Program-made: the position numbers and the translations under genes
DNA from: Octopus sinensis
Taxonomy: Eukaryota
DNA: 64,000 bases
Assembly: GCF_006345805.1 (NCBI RefSeq)
Contig: NC_043018.1
Span: forward strand, 5,022,001-5,086,000
Reading direction: 5' to 3'
In this document: one piece after another, positions 13,974 to 26,104 of the stretch
How the letters are laid out: each line of letters starts with the position of its first letter
How positions within the stretch are numbered: the stretch's first letter is position 1
The notes under the pieces: generated by a model
The model's input: the letters and a program-made list of their open reading frames with translations, nothing else
Database searches by the model: none
Told to the model about the DNA's origin: nothing

Positions 13974-14026
13974 GGTCGAAACTGATCGATCAGTTTCGGC
14001 CTTTCGCTGTTGCCTCTTCAGTCGCC
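13974..14026 (-). ncRNA. Type I hammerhead ribozyme, canonical core
   Basis: GGCGA CUGAAGA GGC-AACAGCGAAAG-GCC GAAA CUGAUCGAUCAG UU UCG(A)CC. All core nucleotides are present and stems I, II and III can form. Confidence 0.65.
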
Positions 14027-15040
14027 TCTTCCGATCCATGGCTAACTTCCTGCGCTTGCGATGATTCCTCAACTAAGAAACGGTGGAAGCTTGAGTGAAG
14101 GAGTTCCTTGTCCCGAAGGGCAAGCACTAGTATCAGCGTGGGATCAAAAGAACTTTCAGAGAGGTGGCATCCGACGGTGCAATAGGATGACCTCCACTTT
14201 GGATATTTGGCCGCTTTTGTTGTAACTTGACAAATAAAGCTAACAAGTCACCAAAACGTTGCAAAACTTTTCAGTCGATAGACTTTTTACAAGAATATAA
14301 ATTTATAAATAAATGAAAGAAGAATTTACAAAAAAAAAAAGAAATGAAAGAAAAGTAAAAAAATTCTTGGAGATTTATGATGGGCAGGTTTATAATTGAT
14401 TAAGTAATTAGTTGCATTATTAATTAGACTACAATGCATACATTTATACATCATTTCTTTTTGCTATATGTACACACACATACACGCGCGCATACATGTA
14501 CTGATATAAAAGTCTGTTCGTACATGTTTATGTGTGTGTGTGTCTCTGCGCGTCCCCCCCCCCTCCACCGGAAACCTAATTACTCTCTTTCGTCTTTTTG
14601 AAAAGGGAAACATTACCCGAAATATTATGGGATCATTAAACAATCTTAGATAACACATCATTTCTCTTTGTTTCCCTCTTTTGAAATTAGAGACATATTT
14701 TGCCTAAGTTCTCATTTGTATTGCTGAAACGTTTTTTAAACACACAACACACACACACACACACACTCACAATATTTCGGTGTGTGTGCGTGCGTATGTG
14801 TGTTCATGTGTATTTCTCATTAGCGGGACAACTCTAAACAAGATTAAATATTGATATAGATATATACAGTAAAGGGAGAAAAGTAAAAGAGAGCATAAGT
14901 CTTTGAGTGATATTAAAGATAGCCGTTGGATGGCCCAAGTACACAGAAGTGTAGATATGGGTCGCCATAAATACGAACTTTAAAACTTTGACTCTGAATT
15001 TAATTTCGTGAAATCTTTTACTCTTTTAATTTCTTGAAAT

Positions 15041-15209
15041 TTTTTACTCTTTGTTTGTCATTTGACTGCGGCCATGCTGGAGCTCCGCCTTTAGTCGAAC
15101 AAATCGATCCCAAGACTCATTCTTTGTAAGCGTAGTACTTATTCTATCGGCTATCAAGCGATGGTGGGAGTACAAACAAACACACACACACACACACATA
15201 CACACACAG

Positions 15210-15248
<39 letters not shown>

Positions 15249-15410
15249 ACGGGCTTCTTTCAGTTTCCGTCTACTAAATCCACTCACAAGGCCTTGGTCG
15301 GCTCGTGGCTATAGTAGAAAACACTTGCCCAAGGTGCCACACAGTGGGACAGAACCCGGAACCTTGTGGTTGATAAGCAAGCTACTCACCACACAGCCAC
15401 TCTTGCGCCT
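15041..15410 (-). mobile_element. SINE family B
   Basis: Full head and tail on the minus strand, with part of the internal body deleted. Confidence 0.85.
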
Positions 15411-16299
15411 TTTCAAACTTACATTTCGAACCTTACACTCTATCCATAAGCAATCCAAGCACCTGAAGAATATTATTTATAATTTTGGAAAAGTTTCCAC
15501 TTAAAATGTCTAATATTTATGTTAACAAACAGATATTTCACGATTCCTTAATGTCGCTTAATCACTAAAAGTTGTTTTAACCAGAAAATTCGATATTGTG
15601 AATAAAGTACCGCAAACAAACAAAAACACTCGTACATTATTTGAGATCAGCCTTTGCGCAACTTGCAAATGTATGTATATTTGTATATCAGGTAATCTTA
15701 CTTGGTCATATATATTCTTGACAGTTAAAATATACTGCGTAGGCCTACATGTGTATTTGTATATATTTCAACATACATGGAGAATTATATGCACGTGTGT
15801 ACACACTTCTGAATCTGTTTTGAAGATATTTGAAGCTATGAGCGGGTTATGTTGTGTTTGTATTTGTAGGTATATATATGATTGCCTATCCGAGTTTATG
15901 TATGCATATGTACATACTTATGGAAGCACATGCATATGTTAGCAGATATAAACGTTTGTATACGTATCTTTTTCGCTGGCATATTTATTGTTGAAGGTAT
16001 ATCGTTTAGTCGCATATGTATATTTATATAACTATATATACATAATTATCTATAATCTGTATGTATGTAGGTACGTATGCATCTCTCTCTCTCTCTCTCT
16101 TATGTATATATATATATACATATCACAAGTATTTTTAACTAATCTGAAATTAACTGTCACTGATACTAAAAAACCCTTTGAATGTGTGTTGCGTATGTAT
16201 GTGTATATAATATATATTATATATATATATATATAATATATATATATATACATAATAGTTATCCAAACAAGAAAACACAGAAAAAAAGAGAAAAAAACA

Positions 16300-16440
16300 C
16301 AGCACGCAGGACGTGGAACAATTAAAGTATATTGACGCTCAGGAAAGAAGGGAAGGAGGGTTAACGTTTCGAGCGGATCTCTTCGTCGGAAACAAGGAGA
16401 AGGAAAGATCCCAAGGAGGGAAGACAGAGGAGAAAATTTT
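16300..16440 (-). mobile_element. Penelope-like terminal repeat remnant with a degenerate HHR motif
   Basis: Minus strand tgttt ccgacga a gag atccg ctc gaaacgtt. Same family as 47170-47300 and 50330-50460. Confidence 0.5.
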
Positions 16441-16489
16441 GAGCTGGTGGTGCTCAAGAATCACATATATATTTATATATATATATATG

Positions 16490-16541
<52 letters not shown>

Positions 16542-16959
16542 CGTAGTGTATATATATATATATTATATACTAATATATATATATATATATGGGTGTGTGT
16601 GTGTATATATATAGATATAGGTATTTCTATATATTTGTACACATATATTTTTATATGTGAAAGCGCGTTAGGGTAAGTGTTTTGAGCTATTGTTCATAAA
16701 GTTGAATTACTTGATCGGAGGGAGGGAGGTGCGCTGTGTCCTTGAGCAAGGCACATCATTTCAAGCTTTTCCAGTCTCTTCGCCTATAAACGAATACCAG
16801 CCGACTGCTGATGCAGCTTCGTCTCCTTCCAGCTGTCGCAGGTTCAATGTTTCGCCGGGTCAAGGAGGAAAGCATCGAGAAGTTGTCCATTCTCTGGAGG
16901 CTCAGGAGTACAATTAGATGTAAATCAATTCGCGAAAGCGTACAACAAGCTCTTAAGAC

Positions 16960-17074
<115 letters not shown>

Positions 17075-17327
17075 TAAAACTTATATATGCACATCTATCA
17101 GTCTGTGTCCTTCATCACTGTTTGGTAACAGGTGTTGGTATGTTTATGTCCCCGAAACATAGCGGTTTGGCAAAAGCAAACGATAGCAAAAGTACCAGGC
17201 ACTAAAGAAATCAAAATGTACCTCCATCCGCTTAATGTCCTTCAGTGCAGTGCCCCAGCGTGGTCGCAGTCTAATGATTGAAACAAGTAAGAGGCGGAAG
17301 ATAAAGATATTAGTATTTAGCCACCAT

Positions 17328-17382
<55 letters not shown>

Positions 17383-17851
17383 CTGCTGACATATAACACA
17401 CACACACACATTCTGTAGATATCTGCATGTACGTATATATGCGCGCGTGTGTGTGTGTGTGTGACAAGGGCCCCAGTATATTGATACATCACAATAAACA
17501 CACTCACTCTTCCTTCTTAACTGCACACCCACAATATTTCCCATCATGCTGTGTCTGTGTGCGCGTCACCGAAATACTATTACTTCAATAGTTTACTTTC
17601 ACTGCCTGCCGTATTCTCTCTCTCTCTCTCTCTCTCTCATTCTCTCTCTCTCACTCTCATTCTCTTGCCTGCTCTCTCTTGCTCTCCCTTTGTTTTCACC
17701 TATATGCACGCACGCCAAACAACATACGCATATATATATGTGTGTATATATATAATATATATATATTATATAATATATATATATATAATAAATATATATA
17801 TATATATATATCACATATATATTTCTATATAGATCTGTACATATATAGACT

Positions 17852-17917
<66 letters not shown>

Positions 17918-18025
17918 GTGTTTTTTTCTCACGATCCTTTTGATCGAATTTTATTTTTCGCCTTTTTTTTTCTGTTTTCGAAAAGAAAAACTCTACATTG
18001 TATTTTGTTCCCTTTGTGTTTGGCC

Positions 18026-18100
<75 letters not shown>

Positions 18101-18689
18101 GATATTAAGGGCATTAATGCCCTTAATATAAATATATTTAAAGGGAATAATTATAATTTTTCCCTTATGAGGTTTTTCACGCTGACTACATGATAAATTC
18201 TCATAAAAATCTTATCCTGTTTTTAAATTTTAATTTATATACATAGATAGAATCAATCAATCGATCTATCTATCTAGCTATAAATAAAAAAAAATCAAAA
18301 ACAGAACACAAAGGATGTCGCGGTACACGTGTTTCAAGCTTTATAAACGACCTGTTCTTACATCAGTGTATAATAGATATAAAAGATGGTTTAAAGCTAT
18401 CTTCAGCCGCATGCATTGTTATTCCAAAGAGTTACATCACACTATAAAAAATATGAAAACTACATGTAGTATTACCCTTAATAATAGGTATATCATATCT
18501 CCCTGAGAAAGTGTATTTGTAAAATTTCGTAACTAAATAGGCGCGTAGGGGATCATTGGATTTCGAAAATCTGCCCATACTGTATCACCAGTCAACATAG
18601 AGTGAATGTTAAATAGATTTGAATGGGTTCATTCTTCTTGTAAAGAAATAGAAATAAAGAGAAGGAAAAGGAAAAATGAAGAAAATTGC

Positions 18690-18734
<45 letters not shown>

Positions 18735-18860
18735 ATTGTTTTTACGTGCTGTTTTTGTCACATTTTTTTTCCCTGTGTTTTTTACCCCTCTGCAAAGGAA
18801 TTTTATTTAATTCTTTTGCAGAAGATTAGTTCGACGAGACGTGTTCTGTCCTCACCTTCG

Positions 18861-18999
18861 AAATTGTGCTCCAGAAAGGCCACCACTCGAGTGCTGGAAC
18901 TTGTGAACTAATAAAAGAATTAAAGAATATATATGAATTTGTGTATGTACACTCATGCATTATATATATATGTGTGTGTGTGTGTGCGCGTGCATATGC

Positions 19000-19030
<31 letters not shown>

Positions 19031-19218
19031 AGCAAGCACAAACACATGGGCATAAAGGTTTATGTATGTGCCCGTATATGTATATACACACACACACACA
19101 CGCACATACATATATATAATGCATGAGTGTACACACACAAATTCATATATATTCTTTAATTCTTTTATTAGTTCACAAGTTCCAGTACTCGCGTGGTGGC
19201 CTTTCTGGAGCACAGTTT
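18861..19218. repeat. Near-perfect inverted duplication (fold-back) of a diverged SINE-B tail
   Basis: Arms of about 105-120 bp; about 4 mismatches in the first 105 bp by eye. The ORF track shows near-identical peptides on opposite strands (MLQKGHH...). Confidence 0.9.
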
Positions 19219-19461
19219 ATTGCTGGGGCATCACCTCTGAATGCATATACATATATGTAAGAGGTACTCCAACTTGGCCGCAGTCTAATGACTGAAAGCA
19301 AGAGCATAAAGAATATATCCACATACACACATATTCATCAATACGCGCATACACGCGCACATACACAAACGATCGTATATTATGTCCGATGTCAAGTAAC
19401 GGTCCTGAGTACTCTCAGTAAAAACACAGCATGAAGTAGTTAATTCACGCTGGTCCAGTAG

Positions 19462-19507
<46 letters not shown>

Positions 19508-20133
19508 GTGCGTGTGCGTGTGTGTGCGTGCGTGTGTGTGCGTGCGTGCGTGTGTCACGTGCACAACTGGGACGACCCCATTTGAAATGAAGACTCTATA
19601 CAGAATACAATGCCTGCTTTTATATCAAGGCGAAGCATTTACGAAACATTTAAGAGAGAATCGGTTATGGGAATCTCTAAAAATCCGGGTGGAGGAACAG
19701 AGACACAGGTCGTAATGAGAAAAGCGACTTTTAGTTCTGGAATGATGGAAATTATGACGAAATCATATTTTGGGAAGGAATTGAAAATTCTATATTTGTT
19801 AGAGAAACATAATGGAATCTCGGAACCGTCCTGCAAGCACAGCATAGGTAGTATCTACATAGAGGAAAACATGCACATGCACGTATAATCGTGTGTATAT
19901 TATGATGTATATATATGTATTCATTTACAGATGTATATTGCATCCATTTATTATATACATATATATATATATATACCAGAGCGTCAAACGCAATTTCGCG
20001 CCTTTAACGAATATTGTTTCCCTTCTGGTGGCAATCGGCGAGAGCTGCCGGGAAATGGGACCGACACAGAACAGACAAACAATAAATGGATAGACAAGCA
20101 ATACAGAAGTGAACACACACATACAAACACACA

Positions 20134-20164
<31 letters not shown>

Positions 20165-21154
20165 CAACACACACACACACACACACACATATATAAATAT
20201 ATATATATATATAATATATATATATATAACACACACACAATTAGATATGAAGCGATGTAGTTGTAAGTAGTAATTTTAGAAAGTATACTGACCTTCAAAA
20301 TGTATACACACTTTAAAAGTTAATATCTTACTAAATTTTCATTTCAGTTTTAAGATTTAAACCAACAGAAATAATGAAATGGGACAGACTATGCTATGAG
20401 ATCAAGTGCTACTAAAGTACTGCTGTAACTTTGAAAACGCCGTGGAAGTGTAGGAAGTAGTTTGAAACAGGTCTTATCATCAAGCAAATTAGAGAGAAGA
20501 AGCTGGATGCCGGCGGAACTGTTCATAACGTCCACAAGAAACATTCAGCAATATTTCAAGCATTGACAAACCCACGAAAGCAAGATATATATATATATAT
20601 ATATATACATATATACTGCCTCCCGACATTTTTTCTCTTCTACTATTTTCTTCTCTTCTACTATTTTCTTCTCTTCTATTCTGTATCCTTTCAAAATTTC
20701 TCCAGGCGTTACCCATTACAACGCATCTTGGACTAACGGCCCTTAAAGTCTGTCTTCATCGATTGCTTATTCTGTACGTCCCCTCTGTTGCCGTTTGTTC
20801 GTTCAAAGCCCTAACTAACCACAAATTTTATATTTTTAAAATTTCTGGATGCTGCTCTTTTATGACGGTTTCCTATCTTGTCGCTGAAAGCTCGAGTAAT
20901 AAACAATCGACAACTGAGGAGGAGTTAGACTTCTTTTCCTATTTTCTCTCTCATTATGTGTTTACGTATTTTTCACTCGTTGTTGATGTCCTCTTCTTGT
21001 TGTGTTTTGTTGCTGTTGCTGTTGTTGTATTTTGCCGTGTACTTATCTCTCGTGTATCTACGTGTTGCTTTCCGCTCGTTGGTGATGTCCTGTACTTAAT
21101 GTGTATTTTAAAAATTTATATAAATATATATACACATACACATGTTTATATATA

Positions 21155-21185
<31 letters not shown>

Positions 21186-21503
21186 ATTTCTGTTTTCGTG
21201 GAGTCCCATGACTATCACCATCCAATTGCATTAAGAATTTGAATTGGGTGCTCGAATCTTTCAATAGCTGATTACACAACCATGGACGTCACCGCTATGC
21301 ATCCATTGCAGTTCCTTTCTTTATAAATCTCGGTGGTCCTCACCGTTGATCTTCCACTCACCATCAACTGCTCACCATCAATGTGAAAAGTACGGCTCAC
21401 TCAGTTGGGCTCTTCATATGCTGCAGTCCCATGACTTCGCCATAGCACTGGGAGGCTGGCGGAACGATTGCTATGCCTTGCCAAAGGACAGCCTGTAACT
21501 ATG

Positions 21504-21580
<77 letters not shown>

Positions 21581-21581
21581 A

Positions 21582-21633
<52 letters not shown>

Positions 21634-21789
21634 ACTCCCGAGGAGTATTTCAGGACACTTAATTATCTGTGTATTACTCTCTTCAAACCAATTGAAAGGC
21701 TATTTCCTTCAGATCCCCCAAGGCAGAAAAGAAAAGACATACAATCATTGTCGTCGTCACACCGACTTAGAAATTGTCAGTTTTTTAAG

Positions 21790-22268
21790 TGTTGCAGGAT
21801 GTTTTATACGAAACGTTTGGATGGAATTGGACTCCTCTGGCAGGAATGTTTCAACTGTATCAAAGAGAAAAAAGCAGATTCTAAATGATCGGACAGTATA
21901 AGGACCCGGCAGATCATACAAGGGTTTTAAAATATTATCGGTGATCAACCTGGTAAACCGACGAAGGCCATCGACAAGGATCATCAACTGTCGCAGTCGT
22001 TTTTCAGGACTATGGTGCACGAGAACGTTCGATACGAGTTGTATGTACCAAGGGGAGGGGGTCAATTCTGGCTTGAAAATGCAGAGGGAAAGCATTTGGT
22101 CCGTGCCAAGCGGTTACATAGCAAGTTTACGAACATAGCATGCTTTGATTCATCATTGATGTGTAAAATTTGCATCAAGATCAGAAGTCTAACTAGAAAT
22201 GACAAATGGTTAATTGCAAACCCATCTGATGTCCCCAGAGCGATGCATACTAAGTTTCCAGCGAGTGT
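21790..22268 (+). pseudogene. Tc1/mariner (maT/DD37D-type) transposase fragment, N-terminal to first D region
   Basis: RQIIQGF*NIIGDQPGKPTKAIDKDHQLSQSFFRTMVHENVRYELYV..GQFW..LVRAKRL...RNDKWLIANPSDVPRAMHTKFPASV matches maT-type HTH and pre-catalytic motifs. It has in-frame stops. Confidence 0.75.
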
Positions 22269-22289
22269 AATAATAATAATAATCATTGC

Positions 22290-22555
22290 CCCATCGTTAT
22301 CATCATCGCGGTGGTGGTGGTCATCATCATCACCACCATCATCACCATCATCATTTCACGTATGTCCGTTTTCCATGCTAGCATGGGTTTGACGGTTTGA
22401 CAGGAGTTGGTGAGGCCAGCAGTCACACCAACTGCCATTATGTTTTGACATGGTCTCTACTGCTGGACGACCTTAGTAATGCCAACCAATTTACAGAGTG
22501 TACTGGGTGCTTTTTATGCAGCGCCAACACCGACAGGGTCACGAAGTATCTTGGA
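22290..22555 (-). mobile_element. RTE-related 3' tail (SINE or LINE end) with (ATG)n tail
   Basis: catcatcatttcacgtatgtccgttttccatgctagcatggg...ctggacgaccttagtaatgccaacc is the reverse complement of an RTE-type 3' end with a GAT microsatellite tail. Confidence 0.5.
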
Positions 22556-23287
22556 ATACAAAAACCCCTCAGCTGGGAGAGGAGAGAGTAGTATGGAGGA
22601 GGTGTGGCTTTGTGCCATTTGAGAGAATGAAAGGTGTTGAGGGATAAATATGGGTGTTTTGCTGTTGCGTGGATAGGTGGATACCCCAGTTAGAAAACTA
22701 AAGGGAGTGGGGTAGAGAGTAGAGGATAGAAACAGAGAGAGATGATGGCAAAGATGTGTCAAGACATGCCCTCGAGGTACATTGGGGTAGTGAGAAGAGG
22801 TGTGAGGCGATATAAGGGTTTGGGCTGGGTGAGTGGGTAGGATGAGGTGACTGTAGCAAATGATGGACAGAAATACAGGGAAATCTGGGGAAGGAGGCTG
22901 TGATGCATTGGGGGTGGAGGGCCTTGAAGGTAATGGCAGGTAAGCGAGTAGTTGATAAGAGGAGAGCAGCACAGAAAGGAGTGTAGAAAGGTGATTGGTG
23001 AAAAGAGTAGGCGGTGGAAGGAGGGTAACAAGTGAGGGGGGGTAAAGATAACTGAGAAAGCCAGGGATGTAGTATGGGCCTATTATACTTTCAGGTAATA
23101 GAGGAATTGATGGGTGTTAGGTGATGAAATATGGGTGACGGGGCAGAGCCCCTCGTGGACATGCATAAACGAAATCTGGTGGCGCACAGCGGGACTGAAC
23201 TCGGGACCAAACCACATCCTTTCGAAGCGAACTTGACTGCCCAAGTTGAAACACGTGTTTACGAGGCAAACTTCTTAAATATACGGC

Positions 23288-23331
<44 letters not shown>

Positions 23332-23350
23332 CACACACACACACACACAC

Positions 23351-23386
<36 letters not shown>

Positions 23387-23414
23387 CACACACCACATAT
23401 ATATATATATATTA

Positions 23415-23492
23415 GTTTCAAGCGTGATGTTAGTCGTCAGCCATTCTGAATTTGAATTCAAAATGGCTGACTACTAGCATCACGCTTGAAAC
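23415..23492. repeat. 78-nt hairpin (37-bp stem, about 4-nt loop)
   Basis: gtttcaagcgtgatgttagtcgtcagccattctgaat pairs with attcaaaatggctgactactagcatcacgcttgaaac, with 2 mismatches and 1 GU pair. Confidence 0.9.
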
Positions 23493-23499
23493 ACAAGAG

Positions 23500-23830
23500 T
23501 ACCAACGAATTTGAATGAAACTGTTTTGATCCCTACATGGAACTCCCAATAAATTTGGTAACCTTCTTTCGTTTGTTCATTCACTCTATTTAATTTGCTT
23601 TGCGGGAACGACTGTTTTGACGAAGACGCGTATTGTCCTGACGTTCGAAATGCGGAGTAGATAAAACAAGGGACAACTGATGAAGGGATTGTTCTTTAGG
23701 TTGCCTGTCACGTTTCTCTATTTGTTTCTTTCGTTGTTCGAAAAAAAGTTCGTTTTCCAGGTTTTTGCCTTTTCATATTCTCGTTCGTTTTTCATGCTGT
23801 TCACGTTTTTTGACGTCCTGTACCCATATG
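23500..23830 (+). mobile_element. Penelope-like terminal repeat remnant (related copy at about 20860-21095)
   Basis: Shares gaaa..(c)ggagta...gacaactga(t/g)ga(a/g)g...gatgtcctgtac blocks with the second copy. Contains a degenerate HHR-like core (ttgacga...cgaaa). Confidence 0.45.
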
Positions 23831-23889
23831 TGCATGTCTTATACATATATATGTAGGTATGTACATGCATGTATGTATACATGTATATA

Positions 23890-23954
<65 letters not shown>

Positions 23955-24130
23955 ATTTATATCTTATTTATATCTTATTTATATCTTATTTATATATGAT
24001 CGAACGCCACGCATCCATTTCCAAGTAAGTATATACATATATATATATATAATTGCAGCGTGGAAGGTGTTTGTAAGCCATTTAAGAAACACACAAAAGC
24101 CGTTCGATTCACTTCAACATTTAAGTTTAA

Positions 24131-24180
24131 TTTGTCAAAATATTTTCGTCGCTAAAATCCGCGACCTGTTCACTGACAAA
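24131..24180 (-). ncRNA. Minimal type I hammerhead ribozyme, G3:C8 compensatory variant
   Basis: UUUGUCA GUGAACA G GUCGC-GGAUUUUA-GCGAC GAAA AUAU UU UGACAAA. It has a 7-bp helix I, a 5-bp helix II and a palindromic helix III (AAUAUU). Confidence 0.7.
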
Positions 24181-24342
24181 AGTCCGTGCTTATATATATA
24201 TTTCGTTTTTAGATTTGGTTTGCGAGATTCATGCACACACACACACTCACCCACACACATGCGCGCACACACACACTGACCCACACACATGCGCACAAAC
24301 AAACAAAAGGGAACGCAGTGTAAATAACGGACAGAGTTAAAA

Positions 24343-24379
24343 CTATTGAAAAGGTTGCAAGACACAACGAAAATTTTAG
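24343..24379 (+). ncRNA. Minimal type I hammerhead-like motif, U3:A8 variant
   Basis: CUA UUGAAAA G GUUG-CAAGACA-CAAC GAAA AU UU UAG. It has a 3-bp helix I, a 4-bp helix II and a palindromic AAUU helix III. Confidence 0.5.
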
Positions 24380-24548
24380 GAAAATAAAAATAAGAAAAAC
24401 GTGGAAATTTTACCGGTGAGTGTGTTAAATAATAAAGCACTAAAAGAGAATGACTCTTCCCAGACACAACAGTATATATATATAAAAATAGTAATGCAAT
24501 ACGAGAGTATTGCTTTCCAGTAAAGAATAGCCCTATGTATATATATAT

Positions 24549-24966
24549 AGTTAGTTAGTTAATTTTTTGGCTCAAAAAGCAAAAAAGCAAGGCCATGTAG
24601 GGGGACATGGAGTTATGTACAGGGTGGTGTTCATGCAAAGAGTTCAGGCCATTTGTGGTCAAGGGAGACTTTGAACCGAGCGGTCGTCGGTATCTTCACT
24701 ATCTCGTCCGGCAGCTTATTCCACGGATCCGCAACCCGGACGGAGAAAGTCCCTCTCCGATTGAGATGAAATCGTCGCAGATAGAGCTTTCGGAGTGACC
24801 CCGCAGCCGACGCTCTGGAGCAGGAGTGAAGAACAGCTCTTTCGAGAGGTTACACTTTCCGCTTATGATGTTGTGAGCAAGAATGAGATCACCACGGCGT
24901 CGTCGTTTTTCTAGAGAATAAAGGTCGAGCGTCTTCAGCCTTTCTTCATAAGACAAATTCTTGAGA
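24549..24966 (-). mobile_element. CR1-clade LINE, 5'-truncated 3' end
   Basis: LKNLSYEERLKTLDLYSLEKRRRRGDLILAHNIISG...RRLRGHS, then after a frameshift FSVRVADPWNKLPDEIV...RFKVSLDHKW*. A short 3' UTR and (AACT)n tail follow. Confidence 0.9.
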
Positions 24967-25533
24967 CACACACGTGTGTGTATATGTGTGTATATATATA
25001 ATGTTTCCTTTGTTGCAGCCTCTGAAGTGTGACCATGATGGAGCACCGCCATGAATGGTGAAAATCTAACGAGAAGCTTTAGGACCTCAGAGTATCTGCC
25101 ATAAGACCTCTGTGACTCAAAAACACAGACACACACAATGAGTGAGTGACTATCTATGGTCTATACAAACACGCGTACAAAGAACTCATTACAAAGCTTA
25201 AGAGAGTACCACATTTAAAGAAAGCCTTGTGTTTACTAGCAACACTCGGAGTTACCCGTTTTAATGGGTTAGGCTGTAGTAAAACCTGGCAGAACTCACT
25301 TATTGCACTTGAAAAAAGATGTTTTTTTTTTTAGGAAAATCGATTATGAAATAAAGAATGATTTGATTTGTCGATATTAGTCTACTTCGGAAAAGAGCAA
25401 TAAGATGTGAACTACAGAGTGCTACATATTGTCGGACTAGTATGGGAGGGTGGGCGGCGAGAACCGGGAAGGAATAAATCGGAGGACGCGGTGGAGCCGA
25501 TGTGCAAAAGATGATGTGTTGAATTTATACAAG

Positions 25534-25577
<44 letters not shown>

Positions 25578-26104
25578 CGTGTGCGTGCGTGTGTTGTGGT
25601 ATGGCTTAGAGTTTATAGGTCACAATAGTCTCGGGTTTGAGTTCCCTTGAGGAATGTTGGGTGTGATGAAAATATGAAAGTAGGCCGAGTGTAATTAAGT
25701 GAATAAGTCGACGGTGTGGCTTCTTGTTCTTCTATAAATACGATGATGTAAATCTACAGAAAGCTAAGTTGTCACTGCTGCATACGACGCAGAATTTCCA
25801 AAGTTGGTGGTATTCCAAAATTTTTACCAGTTGATGATAAAATTCATGTTTGTGCCTCCACATCCCAAACATACCTTGATAGAGTGTTGACAATCATCTG
25901 GCTGAATTTCACCGTCCATGTGTATGGTGGTGGTATCGTAATTTAAACGAGTTGGCAGTTCAGTCAATACAATGTTTGATTGTTCGTGTAGTCGTTGGTA
26001 GCAGATCAGCATTATATACGAGAGGACTTGTTAGGTATCCACTGTGGAAGGCACACAGGGGTGGATTTATGTAATGGCTTAGGGAGATGTTAGAATCAAA
26101 GGAT

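Noticed and set aside
19560-19870. 92-aa and 82-aa ORFs as host exons
   Set aside because: No recognised family; TLYRIQCLLLYQGEAFT weakly resembles RTE LLYGxExWT, so a decayed LINE is as likely.
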